Assembly (NCBI GenBank): GCA_021741075.1
Contig: JAIOYO010000013.1
Location: 3,121-67,120 of the forward strand
Direction: 5' to 3'
Length of the DNA: 64,000 bases
Source: Flavobacteriales bacterium
GTDB lineage: Bacteria; Bacteroidota; Bacteroidia; UBA10329
Every line of letters starts with the position of its first letter. The stretch's first letter is position 1. Position numbers and translations under genes: made by a program. The notes under the pieces were generated by a model. It saw only the letters and a list, made by a program, of their open reading frames with translations, was not told the origin of the DNA and made no database searches. Positions 18,980-27,872 of the stretch are shown one piece after another.

Positions 18980-20094
18980 TCTGCTTTATTTATGAATTCA
19001 AGTACTTTTTCAATAATATAATTTTGTTGCACGGCTTCCATTTCTGTGTGAATTGGAAGAGAAATAACGTTTTCGCATAGGCTTTCAGTCACGCCAAAAG
19101 ACCTATCTGAATCGCTTAATACAAATGCCTTTTGTTTGTGCAATGGAATCGGATAATAAATCATGGAAGGGACGTCATTCTCAGCCAAGAATACTTTCAG
19201 TCCATCGCGACTAACTCCGTTCAACACAAGCGTGTATTGATGAAAAACATGTGTCGAACGCGAATCCCTGATTGGCGTTTGAATCTGATTCACATTCCTA
19301 AATGCTGCGTCATACTTATCAGCAACCGCAATTCTCCGTGCAATAAAATCATCCAAATGAGGCAGCTTAACCCTGAGAATAGCTGCTTGCATAGCATCCA
19401 GCCTAGAGTTAACTCCTACCACATCATGCACGTATTGACGGCTTTGTCCGTGAGATGCAATCATTTTGGCCTTGGAAGCCAACTCATCATCATTTGTGAA
19501 AATGGCACCGCCATCTCCAAAACAACCAAGGTTTTTTGAAGGAAAGAATGAAGTGCATCCAAAATGTCCAATTGTTCCTGCTTTGACCGTTTTACCATTT
19601 GTGAAATGGTAATCTGAACCGATGGCTTGTGCGTTGTCTTCGATCACGAATATTCCATTGGCATCAGCTAATTTCATTAACCCTTCCATATCGGCACATT
19701 GGCCATAAAGATGAACAGGAACAATTGCTTTTGTTTTGGCGGTGATGGCTTCTTCAACTTGTTTCAAATCAAGAGTGAAGGTTTCACTATTAACGTCAAC
19801 CATTACTGGAGTGAGACCTAAAAGAGCAATGACCTCAGCGGTTGCTACATACGTGAACGTTGGAACTATAACCTCGTCACCAGGTTTTAGGTCCAAAGCC
19901 ATCATTGCAATCTGCAAGGCATCGGTTCCATTCGCACACGGAATTACGTGTTTGCTTCCAAGATATCTGGCAAGTTCAATTGCGAAATTGTCAACCTCAG
20001 GTCCGCCAATGAATCGTGTTGATTGCATTACTCCGAGTACGGCTTCGTCAATTTCTTTCTGCAATCGCTGATATTGCGTTTGCAGATCTACCAT
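18976..20094 (-). CDS. DegT/DnrJ/EryC1/StrS-family sugar aminotransferase (WbpE-like)
   Basis: 372 aa. The region FFPSKNLG holds the PLP-binding Lys. Its stop overlaps the ugd start as ATGA. Confidence 0.85.
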   Translation of the reverse strand: MVDLQTQYQRLQKEIDEAVLGVMQSTRFIGGPEVDNFAIELARYLGSKHVIPCANGTDALQIAMMALDLKPGDEVIVPTFTYVATAEVIALLGLTPVMVDVNSETFTLDLKQVEEAITAKTKAIVPVHLYGQCADMEGLMKLADANGIFVIEDNAQAIGSDYHFTNGKTVKAGTIGHFGCTSFFPSKNLGCFGDGGAIFTNDDELASKAKMIASHGQSRQYVHDVVGVNSRLDAMQAAILRVKLPHLDDFIARRIAVADKYDAAFRNVNQIQTPIRDSRSTHVFHQYTLVLNGVSRDGLKVFLAENDVPSMIYYPIPLHKQKAFVLSDSDRSFGVTESLCENVISLPIHTEMEAVQQNYIIEKVLEFINKAE

Positions 20095-20145
20095 TGCAAT
20101 CTGTTTGAGTGTAATTGATTTAATGACTTACCGTTTTAAGGGGCC

Positions 20146-20153
20146 CAAATATA
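20146..20153 (-). promoter_or_regulatory. Candidate -7 box (TATATTTG on the minus strand) for the nucleotide-sugar operon
   Basis: The complement of CAAATATA at 20146-20153 is an exact TAnnTTTG, 52 nt upstream of the aminotransferase ATG, in the only sizeable gap (125 nt) of the minus-strand block. Confidence 0.3.
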
Positions 20154-20219
20154 GTCATTTACATGCCTGATTTGAATTGAAAACTGGGCAGCGAACACTG
20201 GTTTCGTGGGTGCATTTAG

Positions 20220-21368
20220 TTAATGCGGTACTGTGGCCAATTTCTCAATCTCTATTGCAAAGTGACTCCATGAGAATCGCTCTTTTTCCTTAGTAATATT
20301 AGCCTCAAATTCGGCCTTTTTGCCTTCCTGAAAAAATGAGTTTAGGCAACTTGCTACGGATTCTGCACTAACTTCTGAAACGTATCCAACTTTGCCGTGT
20401 GGAACCATTTCTGGCAGTCCGCCAACATTGGTTACCAACATTGGTGTATGGAAGTGATAGGCAATTTGAGTCACTCCGCTTTGAGTAGCACTCAAGTACG
20501 GCTGAGCCACAATGTCAGCAGCACAGAAATAGTAGCGAACCTTGAATTTGTCTACAAATCCAGCGTTGATTATAACGTTATTTTCAATTCCCAGTTGTTT
20601 AATAATTCTGTCGTACTTGGTTCGGTCTTCATAAAACTCTCCTGCTATTATTAATTTGAGGTTTTCGCGATTATCCATTTTGGAAATGGCCTCCAAAAGA
20701 AGCTCTAGTCCCTTGTATTTTCGAATGATTCCGAAGAAAAGAACCACCTTCGATTCGTCAGAAACATGCAGGTGTTTTCTAGCTATTTCTTTCTCCACTT
20801 TTTCACCGAAATGGTCGTAGATAGGATGGTAGAGTAGTTTTCTGGGCTTGTTCTGATTAAACTGATTGAGGTCTTCCATTACGCTCGAAGACATGGCCAC
20901 GTAAGAATCACATTGATTCAAGAAATACTTCGTAAATAATCGGTCTCCAATCCTTCGCTCATGAGGAATTACGTTGTCTAGAATGCCTATAACTTGAACA
21001 TCCAGTTTTGCTCGTAGCCATTTACAAATGGTTCCCAAACATGGTCCCATAAAGGGAAGCCAAAATCTGACTACGATAAAATCTGGCTTTAGTTGGGCGA
21101 TTTTTTGCACAGTAAGCAACCAACTTATTGGATTGATGGAACTAATGGTGGACCGAACGTCTACACCTTCAGGTCCTAGCCTGTCGTTGGTTTCTTTCTG
21201 AGTAGTTCCTGGGAACAGAAAACTGGGATATTGCAGATAGAATGAAAATATCGTGTTCTCAATCCCTTGCTTGGCGAATTCCTGAGATAAGGATTCATTT
21301 AATTGCGCAATTCCTCCGCGAAGAGGAAAAGCTGGACCGATAATCACACATTTTCGGGTTGTGCCCAA
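20220..21368 (-). CDS. Glycosyltransferase, GT-B fold (family 4-like)
   Basis: 382 aa. The N-terminus reads IIGPAFPLRGGIAQ and the C-terminal half contains ...GGLPEMV.... The start is a TTG 2 nt after the GT2 stop; a GTG 21 nt downstream is an alternative. Confidence 0.8.
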   Translation of the reverse strand: MGTTRKCVIIGPAFPLRGGIAQLNESLSQEFAKQGIENTIFSFYLQYPSFLFPGTTQKETNDRLGPEGVDVRSTISSINPISWLLTVQKIAQLKPDFIVVRFWLPFMGPCLGTICKWLRAKLDVQVIGILDNVIPHERRIGDRLFTKYFLNQCDSYVAMSSSVMEDLNQFNQNKPRKLLYHPIYDHFGEKVEKEIARKHLHVSDESKVVLFFGIIRKYKGLELLLEAISKMDNRENLKLIIAGEFYEDRTKYDRIIKQLGIENNVIINAGFVDKFKVRYYFCAADIVAQPYLSATQSGVTQIAYHFHTPMLVTNVGGLPEMVPHGKVGYVSEVSAESVASCLNSFFQEGKKAEFEANITKEKERFSWSHFAIEIEKLATVPH

Positions 21369-21370
21369 CG

Positions 21371-22321
21371 TTAGTCTATTGTTTCGGCAATATGATAGTT
21401 GTTCCTGTCGTGCGAGGAACGTGAAATCATTTCAGCTAAGAATCCAGCGGTAAACAATTGTGTTCCGATAATCATAGCCAAAATGGCGAGATAGAACAAC
21501 GGTTGATCCGTCACTTCGCGCACTTTTGTCTGGTTTGCAAGGCCAATAATCTTTTCAAGAATTAACCAAGCGCTGACAATTCCTCCAAGAAGGAACATCA
21601 GCGTACCGAAAACTCCGAAAAAGTGCATGGGGCGTTTTCCGAATCGGCTCATAAACGTGATGACCAAAAGATCAAGTGGTCCATTGATGAAGCGCTCAAT
21701 TCCGAATTTGGTTACGCCAAACTTTCGTTCTTGGTGCTGCACAACCTTTTCACCGATTTTGGTGAATCCCGCCCATTTGGCAATGACAGGAATGTAACGG
21801 TGCATTTCACCGTAAACTTCCACGCTTTTCACCACATCTTGCTTGTATGCTTTCAAACCACAATTGAAATCATGCAAGTAAATGCCAGACATGCTTCGTG
21901 CCGCCCAATTGTAAAGTTTGGTTGGAATTGTTTTGGTAATCGGGTCGAAACGTTTTTTTTTCCAGCCAGAAACGAGGTCAAAACCATCCTCAGTTATCAT
22001 TTTTACCAGTTCAGGAATTTCCTCTGGACTGTCCTGAAGATCGGCATCCATCGTAATGACAATATCTCCCTTGGCAGCATCAAATCCTCGGTTCAAACCT
22101 GCTGATTTGCCATAGTTCCTGCGGAATCGCAATGCGCGAATTTGAGTGTACTGCTTTTTAAGTTCTTGAATGACAGCCCAAGAACCATCCGTGCTTCCGT
22201 CATCAACATACACAACCTCGTAGTCGAAGTTGTTTTTTTGCATAACTTCATCTATCCACCTAGTAAGTTCAGGTAGTGATTCGTGTTCGTTGTAAAGTGG
22301 AATTACGATGGATATAAGCAC
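21371..22321 (-). CDS. Glycosyltransferase family 2, polyprenol-phosphate glycosyltransferase-like (GtrB/ArnC type)
   Basis: 316 aa with a GTG start. SIVIPLYNE and the DxD motif MDADLQD are present, and there are two C-terminal TM helices. Confidence 0.85.
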   Translation of the reverse strand: MLISIVIPLYNEHESLPELTRWIDEVMQKNNFDYEVVYVDDGSTDGSWAVIQELKKQYTQIRALRFRRNYGKSAGLNRGFDAAKGDIVITMDADLQDSPEEIPELVKMITEDGFDLVSGWKKKRFDPITKTIPTKLYNWAARSMSGIYLHDFNCGLKAYKQDVVKSVEVYGEMHRYIPVIAKWAGFTKIGEKVVQHQERKFGVTKFGIERFINGPLDLLVITFMSRFGKRPMHFFGVFGTLMFLLGGIVSAWLILEKIIGLANQTKVREVTDQPLFYLAILAMIIGTQLFTAGFLAEMISRSSHDRNNYHIAETID

Positions 22322-22326
22322 CGTGG

Positions 22327-22848
22327 TTAATTGTTTTCTGAATCAGATGAAACGGAAGCAAATGGGTCTCCGTCTTTCCTTAATATGCCTGAGGTGACTA
22401 AAGAAATCAGAAATCCTACGAAAGTGTAGCTCAATACAACCATTGCTGCCATTGGGCCTGGTTGCATGAATTTTTTGGTCATTTCCATCGCTATTTCTAC
22501 CTGGTCGTCAGGTAAACCTTGTTCGTACATCTGGTCTTCTGCTCTTAGTACAAGTTGCTCTAGCGTGTCAGGGTCGATAAAACTGAAAAACACGAAGGTG
22601 TAAAAAGCCACCATAATACTGGCAAAGAAGGCAATACCTGTTCCAGTCCCAAGTCCCTGTCCGTAAGAAAGTGCGCCATCCTGATTAATTCGCTTGGCTT
22701 GAGTACCAAGATAAATTAAAGCTGCAATAACCGCATAACTAATCCATTGCGCCCACTTGGCTTCAGTCATATCGAGCAAATACAGGACTAATGAAATGCC
22801 GATGAGGGCAAGCCCAAGGATTCCCCCCCAGTTCATTAAATGTTTCAT
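22327..22848 (-). CDS. DUF4199-like small integral membrane protein
   Basis: 173 aa with four hydrophobic helices. As I recall, the position immediately upstream of the GT2 gene is typical of Flavobacteriia. Confidence 0.65.
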   Translation of the reverse strand: MKHLMNWGGILGLALIGISLVLYLLDMTEAKWAQWISYAVIAALIYLGTQAKRINQDGALSYGQGLGTGTGIAFFASIMVAFYTFVFFSFIDPDTLEQLVLRAEDQMYEQGLPDDQVEIAMEMTKKFMQPGPMAAMVVLSYTFVGFLISLVTSGILRKDGDPFASVSSDSENN

Positions 22849-22971
22849 GGTCGTTCGGTTTGAGATTCGGCCAAAGATAATGGATTGGACAAGTTCAGTC
22901 GTCCTCTGGCTGTTAAGAGTTATTAAGTCGGTTCAAACAATTGTTTCAGTGGTATAACAAGTGTTGAAAGT

Positions 22972-23343
22972 TTATCCTTTCTGTGCTTTTTTCAATTCAA
23001 TTACTTTCATTAAGTCGTCCATTTCTTTCACGGTCATATCATTGTCCTTCACGAAAAATGAAACCAAGTTCTTAAAGGATCCTCCGAAGTAATTGTCCAT
23101 TAACAGTCCGGCAGTGTGTTTCGTATAATCCTCTTTAGAAACCAAGGGGAAATACTGATGTGTTTTGCCAAATGCCTTGTAATTCACAAACTCCTTCTTC
23201 TCCAAAATGCGGATGATTGTGCTTACGGTGTTGTAGGCAGGTTTGGGTTCTGGAAACTCTTCCATCACATCCTTCACGAACGCTTTCTCAAGTTTCCAGA
23301 GCGCATGCATCACCTGTTCTTCAGCTTTTGTCAAATCTTTCAT
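22972..23343 (-). CDS. BlaI/MecI/CopY-family transcriptional repressor
   Basis: 123 aa with a winged-helix N-terminus (LTKAEEQVMHALWKLEKAFVKDVMEEF...YNTVSTIIRILEKKEFV). Confidence 0.85.
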   Translation of the reverse strand: MKDLTKAEEQVMHALWKLEKAFVKDVMEEFPEPKPAYNTVSTIIRILEKKEFVNYKAFGKTHQYFPLVSKEDYTKHTAGLLMDNYFGGSFKNLVSFFVKDNDMTVKEMDDLMKVIELKKAQKG

Positions 23344-23496
23344 GACATCAAATCAAAAACTAATTATTTAGTTGAACGACTATATATTTAGTTTTAATAT
23401 CAAGATAACCCTAATTTGAACTTAGATGAGTTGTGACAATTTTTTGAAATGAACTCCCTTTGGATCATACTGCATGGAAGAAACTAACTTTGAGCC

Positions 23497-24108
23497 ATGC
23501 CAAAAAAAATACTTCTAGTCGCTGCAACGCACGCAGAGATAGTTTCGGTCGATTCTGGCCAAGTTGATTCGTTGATTGCTGGTATCGGGATGGTTGCAAC
23601 TTCGTGTTTTCTTACCCGAAAATTGATGGAGAGCCAATACGATCTTGTCATTAATATTGGAATTGCAGGTTCGTTCAATCCAAAGCTTGCAATCGGGACG
23701 GTTGTTCAAGTTGTGTCGGATCGTATCGCTGAGTTAGGAGTAGAGGACAAGGGAATTTTTATTCCTGCCAATGAGCTGAATTTGGTAGCTACTTCTGAGC
23801 TCAAGTTTGACACTTCATTGCGAGTTGATTTTCTTCAAGCGGCAAACGGAGTCACCGTTAATCGCGTGCATGGATCCGTTGATTCAATCGTAAAAATGAT
23901 TGATCAATTCAACCCTGATGTGGAAAGTATGGAAGGAGCGGCCGTAGCTTATGTTTGCGAACAATTCGGTGTTCCTTGGGTGCAGATCCGTGCAATTTCG
24001 AATAAAGTGGAGCCACGAAATCGTGATGCATGGAATATTCCATTGGCCATTAAAAATCTTCATTTGGAGGTAGAGAAATACATTTGTAAACAGACGGATG
24101 AAGCATAA
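23497..24108 (+). CDS. mqnB: Futalosine hydrolase (nucleosidase family)
   Basis: 203 aa, PNP/MTA-nucleosidase-like (NIGIAGSF, ESMEGAAVAYVC). It overlaps the downstream mqnD by 11 nt. Confidence 0.75.
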   Translation: MPKKILLVAATHAEIVSVDSGQVDSLIAGIGMVATSCFLTRKLMESQYDLVINIGIAGSFNPKLAIGTVVQVVSDRIAELGVEDKGIFIPANELNLVATSELKFDTSLRVDFLQAANGVTVNRVHGSVDSIVKMIDQFNPDVESMEGAAVAYVCEQFGVPWVQIRAISNKVEPRNRDAWNIPLAIKNLHLEVEKYICKQTDEA

Positions 24109-24928
24109 ACTCACACTCGGTTTTTCTCCCTGCCCGAACGATACATTCATTTTTGACGCATTAGTCAATGGAAGGATCGACCTTGGTGATATTGAGTTGG
24201 AAGTGGTCCTAGCTGATGTGGAAGAACTGAATCGCATGGCGATTGCTGGAAAACTGGACATCACCAAGATTAGCTACAACGCCTTTGCCCGTGTACATTA
24301 TATGTATCAGCTGCTGAATTCTGGAAGCGCGCTAGGAAACAACTGCGGGCCCTTGTTGATCTCTAAGAAATCATTGACTTCTGAGGAGCTGCAAGCCGCT
24401 ATCATTGCCATTCCAGGAAAGAACACGACTGCCAATTTTCTTATGTCATTCGCTTATCCGGAAGCTTCCAAGAAGAAGGAATTCCTTTTCTCAGAAATTG
24501 AAAAGGCGGTATTGAATGACGAAGTTGAAGCTGGAGTTATTATCCACGAAAACAGATTCACTTATCAGGAAAAAGGGCTGGTAAAGATTGCCGATTTGGG
24601 TGAAGTTTGGGAACAGAAAACTGGATTTCCGATTCCACTAGGTGGAATTGCTATTCACCGAAGACTGAAGCCTGAGCTGCGCAAACGCTTTGATGTCCTA
24701 CTTAGAAAGAGCGTGCAATTTGCATTCGACAACCCTGAAGCATCGAAAGATTATGTCAAATGTCACGCGCAAGAAATGGACGAAACCGTTATGCGCTCAC
24801 ACATTGATCTGTACGTCAACCAATTCTCAGTTGATCTTGGAGAACGAGGCAAAGCAGCAATTGGAAAGATGTACGAGGTCGGTCGAGCCTTCGGAATGCC
24901 GAGGGTTGAGGATTCGGTATTTGTGTAA
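24098..24928 (+). CDS. mqnD: 1,4-dihydroxy-6-naphthoate synthase
   Basis: 276 aa with an N-terminal LGFSPCPNDTFIFDALV motif. Confidence 0.8.
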   Translation: MKHKLTLGFSPCPNDTFIFDALVNGRIDLGDIELEVVLADVEELNRMAIAGKLDITKISYNAFARVHYMYQLLNSGSALGNNCGPLLISKKSLTSEELQAAIIAIPGKNTTANFLMSFAYPEASKKKEFLFSEIEKAVLNDEVEAGVIIHENRFTYQEKGLVKIADLGEVWEQKTGFPIPLGGIAIHRRLKPELRKRFDVLLRKSVQFAFDNPEASKDYVKCHAQEMDETVMRSHIDLYVNQFSVDLGERGKAAIGKMYEVGRAFGMPRVEDSVFV

Positions 24929-24950
24929 GGGTTCGATGCATCGAACCCTT
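24927..24950. terminator. Perfect 24-nt palindrome between convergent genes; probably a bidirectional terminator
   Basis: AAGGGTTCGATGCATCGAACCCTT equals its own reverse complement, giving a 10-bp stem and a TGCA loop. It overlaps the mqnD TAA by 2 nt. Confidence 0.6.
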
Positions 24951-24955
24951 ATTAA

Positions 24956-25819
24956 TTATTGCGTGAAATTGAAAACTTCACCATCAACCTCTATGGTGGC
25001 CTGCTTATCGCATTCACCCATTCCGTAGTCAACGGTTCCGTCATTGAAATTGGCGGGAGAAATAAACGCAGTTCCCTGCTTGATATATCCGCAACCCGTT
25101 TGAAGCACGAGTGCAGTTGATGTTTCCCAAGTAAAAGGATGTGTGTTTGAATCGTTTCCAGAACCAGTCCCTGTAAGTTCAAAAACATCATCATTCAATC
25201 CAGCTATGCCCATAGTGCTTGTCGTATCTGGTGTATTCCAGTTTGTTTCGTCCCCTTCTGTCCATGTTCTGTTGAGGCTTGCTTCCCAAAGAACCTGTTG
25301 CGTTCCCCAAGAAATGATCGCGTCCGAAACCGTTTCGTTATAAGTTGGATTTCCAGCACCGTTCACGGCTCCCACCGTTACCGAATACGTTCCAGCCAGC
25401 GTGTATTGGCCTTTTGTAAAACCATTGAACAAAATGTCGATGTTAGTTCCTTCGTTTCCGAAATTCCCGCTGAATTCAGCAGTAAATGTTCCTTTTCTCA
25501 GAATGTCATTCGGACCAGTACAGCCCGTTCCGTATTCTATCGTCAAGGTTTTTGGGAAGGTTGAGCCAAGTGGAGAAAGTGTGGCTGTTGCACAGACCGA
25601 ACCGTTCAAAAGCCACGATGACTGGTTAATCTGATCCAATGCAGTTCCATTGTTCACCGCCAAATTAAGTTGTGCAAACACATCATTGAATAAGATAACG
25701 GCAACTGAGCTGTTGCTGGCCGCTTGAATGTTCTGGTGTACGACCTTCTTGCATCCAGAAATGAAAATCACGCTGGTCAAAAGTGTCAATGCAATTGGGA
25801 AATGGAATCTTCTGTTCAT
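24956..25819 (-). CDS. Lipoprotein of unknown function
   Basis: 287 aa. The signal and lipobox read MNRRFHFPIALTLLTSVIFISGC. The mature part is G/T/N-rich and looks beta-rich. Confidence 0.7.
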   Translation of the reverse strand: MNRRFHFPIALTLLTSVIFISGCKKVVHQNIQAASNSSVAVILFNDVFAQLNLAVNNGTALDQINQSSWLLNGSVCATATLSPLGSTFPKTLTIEYGTGCTGPNDILRKGTFTAEFSGNFGNEGTNIDILFNGFTKGQYTLAGTYSVTVGAVNGAGNPTYNETVSDAIISWGTQQVLWEASLNRTWTEGDETNWNTPDTTSTMGIAGLNDDVFELTGTGSGNDSNTHPFTWETSTALVLQTGCGYIKQGTAFISPANFNDGTVDYGMGECDKQATIEVDGEVFNFTQ

Positions 25820-25856
25820 AATTCTTGGTTGTGAGGTCGGGTGTAAAGTAACTGAA

Positions 25857-26339
25857 TTAACGCTTTTCGTAAGTGATAAAGGTAAACGAATGCGGATGGT
25901 TTACGTCTGCTGGATGGTCAATGGTTTCAACTTCTTTCCACTCGTCTCCAAGTTTCGGGAAATGTCGGTCGCCATCAAATGTGTCGTGAATGCGTGTAAG
26001 GTAAATCCGATCGGTGAGCGGCAATGAGAGTCTGTAGATCTGCTCACCTCCCACAATGAATGGATTCTCATCTGTTTTGACCGCCTCTTTTAGCGCATTG
26101 GCCAACGAATGAACCACTACGCAGCCTTCTGGTTGGAATGTTTTGTCTCTGGTGATGATGATGTTGGTTCGTTTCGGTAAAGGTTTGCCAACCGATTCAA
26201 AGGTCTTTCGCCCCATAATAATGGCGTGACCGCTGGTCTTTTCCTTGAAAAACTTCAGGTCATCAGGCAAATGCCAAATGAGCTCGTTGTCTTTTCCGAT
26301 GACGTTGTTCTCGTCTGCCGCGACAATGATGCTGATCAT
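25857..26339 (-). CDS. folA: Dihydrofolate reductase
   Basis: 160 aa. [35 protein letters not shown] and GRKTFES motifs are present. It overlaps the thyA stop as ATGA. Confidence 0.9.
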   Translation of the reverse strand: MISIIVAADENNVIGKDNELIWHLPDDLKFFKEKTSGHAIIMGRKTFESVGKPLPKRTNIIITRDKTFQPEGCVVVHSLANALKEAVKTDENPFIVGGEQIYRLSLPLTDRIYLTRIHDTFDGDRHFPKLGDEWKEVETIDHPADVNHPHSFTFITYEKR

Positions 26340-27154
26340 ACGGCTATCGGAGCTTTGATTCCTGGATGTGGCTCATAATTCAGCAATTCAAAATCATCAT
26401 ATGTGAATTCAAAAATATCCTTCACCTTAGGATTGATCTTCATCGTTGGAAGCTGCCTACATTCACGACTCAGTTGCAATTCTGCCTGCTCAAAGTGATT
26501 GGAGTAGAGGTGGGCATCGCCAAAGGTGTGAACGAAATCTCCCGGTTCGAGGTCACAGACCTGAGCAATCATCATCGTAAGTAGGGCATACGAGGCAATA
26601 TTGAAGGGAACACCCAAAAAGATGTCAGCACTTCTTTGATAAAGTTGGCAACTCAATTTGGCTTTCTTCCCCCTTTGGGGGGCGGGGGGGCTCACATAGA
26701 ATTGGAACATGGTATGGCATGGCGGCAAAGCCATGTTTTCCACTTCGGCCACGTTCCAAGCATTTACGATATGTCGTCTTGAATCTGGATTTTTCTTGAT
26801 CCCATCAATCAGTTTTACAATCTGATCGATCTTTTTTCCATCAGAAGTTGGCCACGAACGCCATTGAACACCGTAAACAGGTCCCAACTCGCCCTTTTCA
26901 TCTGCCCACTCATCCCAAATGGAAACGCCATTTTCTTTCAAATACTTGATGTTGCTGTCTCCTTTCAGAAACCACAAAAGCTCATGGATGATGGAGCGCA
27001 AATGCAGCTTCTTGGTGGTAACCACAGGAAACCCTTCACTCAGGTCGAAGCGCATTTGATAACCGAAAACACTACGCGTACCAGTCCCTGTCCGATCCGA
27101 TTTGTCGGTTCCGGTTTCCATTACGTGGCGCATCAGGTCGTGGTACTGTTTCAT
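26336..27154 (-). CDS. thyA: Thymidylate synthase
   Basis: 272 aa. LPPCH and [25 protein letters not shown] motifs are present. It carries an 8-aa insertion relative to E. coli ThyA (see findings). Confidence 0.95.
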   Translation of the reverse strand: MKQYHDLMRHVMETGTDKSDRTGTGTRSVFGYQMRFDLSEGFPVVTTKKLHLRSIIHELLWFLKGDSNIKYLKENGVSIWDEWADEKGELGPVYGVQWRSWPTSDGKKIDQIVKLIDGIKKNPDSRRHIVNAWNVAEVENMALPPCHTMFQFYVSPPAPQRGKKAKLSCQLYQRSADIFLGVPFNIASYALLTMMIAQVCDLEPGDFVHTFGDAHLYSNHFEQAELQLSRECRQLPTMKINPKVKDIFEFTYDDFELLNYEPHPGIKAPIAV

Positions 27155-27163
27155 AGGTTCAAA

Positions 27164-27784
27164 TTATTGGGGATAAATGGTGCGTGCGTGAAATCTCCCG
27201 TTTCTCAGGTCGAGATGCCCGCCAGAACCGTTGAAAACGCGGCAATTGAACGTGCCTTTTGTTTTGGCTCCGAACTGAATTTCATCAACTGCCTTGTGCG
27301 AGGTGATCTCAAAATTGGCCCAGCTTTCTTGGTCTCCGTATTGAAGGTCGCTGCTCCAAGTGATGCTGTCATTGTCGACATAGTAGAATATCGCACCGTC
27401 AATTCCGGCAGTTGTGCTGTCCAAATTGTAAGAACCGTAGTCATACACCCCTTCACTGAATAGAGAATAACTGACGTTGTAAGATGGGAAAAGTGTGTCA
27501 GTCAGAAACTTTACCATCTGAATGCTAAGCGTATTTCTAGTGTAATCAGGTGTGATGGAACTTCGCTGAAAAGCAGTGAACTGGCTGTGCAATCTACCAA
27601 GAGAATCTTCGTAAGTTCTAATTCCTGGTCCATTACCATAGTTTTCTTCACCGTCCTCGTAGTATATGGTATCATTACCTAGTTGGAATTCTACAAAAAA
27701 CAAGTTGTCTTCTCCTGGTTGAAGTTCTTCTTTCTTGCATGCAGCAAGTAAAATGATGAAAAGCGTAAAATGTATTGCTCTCAT
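27164..27784 (-). CDS. Lipoprotein of unknown function
   Basis: Starting at the ATG at 27784 gives MRAIHFTLFIILLAACKKEE (signal plus lipobox). The track's TTG start at 27805 adds 7 aa. Confidence 0.65.
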   Translation of the reverse strand: MRAIHFTLFIILLAACKKEELQPGEDNLFFVEFQLGNDTIYYEDGEENYGNGPGIRTYEDSLGRLHSQFTAFQRSSITPDYTRNTLSIQMVKFLTDTLFPSYNVSYSLFSEGVYDYGSYNLDSTTAGIDGAIFYYVDNDSITWSSDLQYGDQESWANFEITSHKAVDEIQFGAKTKGTFNCRVFNGSGGHLDLRNGRFHARTIYPQ

Positions 27785-27872
27785 TACAACGGCTTTGAGA
27801 AACAAAAGTAATTAAGCAGGAAGGTAATTCTCCGCGCTTCAATAACGGGGTATCAACAATTTTTCCCCAATC

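Noticed and set aside
21623-22105. 160-aa plus-strand ORF
   Set aside because: It lies entirely antisense within the GT2 glycosyltransferase gene and has no motif.
26864-27463. 199-aa plus-strand ORF
   Set aside because: It is antisense to the 5' end of thyA and the 3' end of the adjacent lipoprotein gene, both of which have strong protein-level signals. It spans their intergenic gap, so it is a typical shadow ORF.
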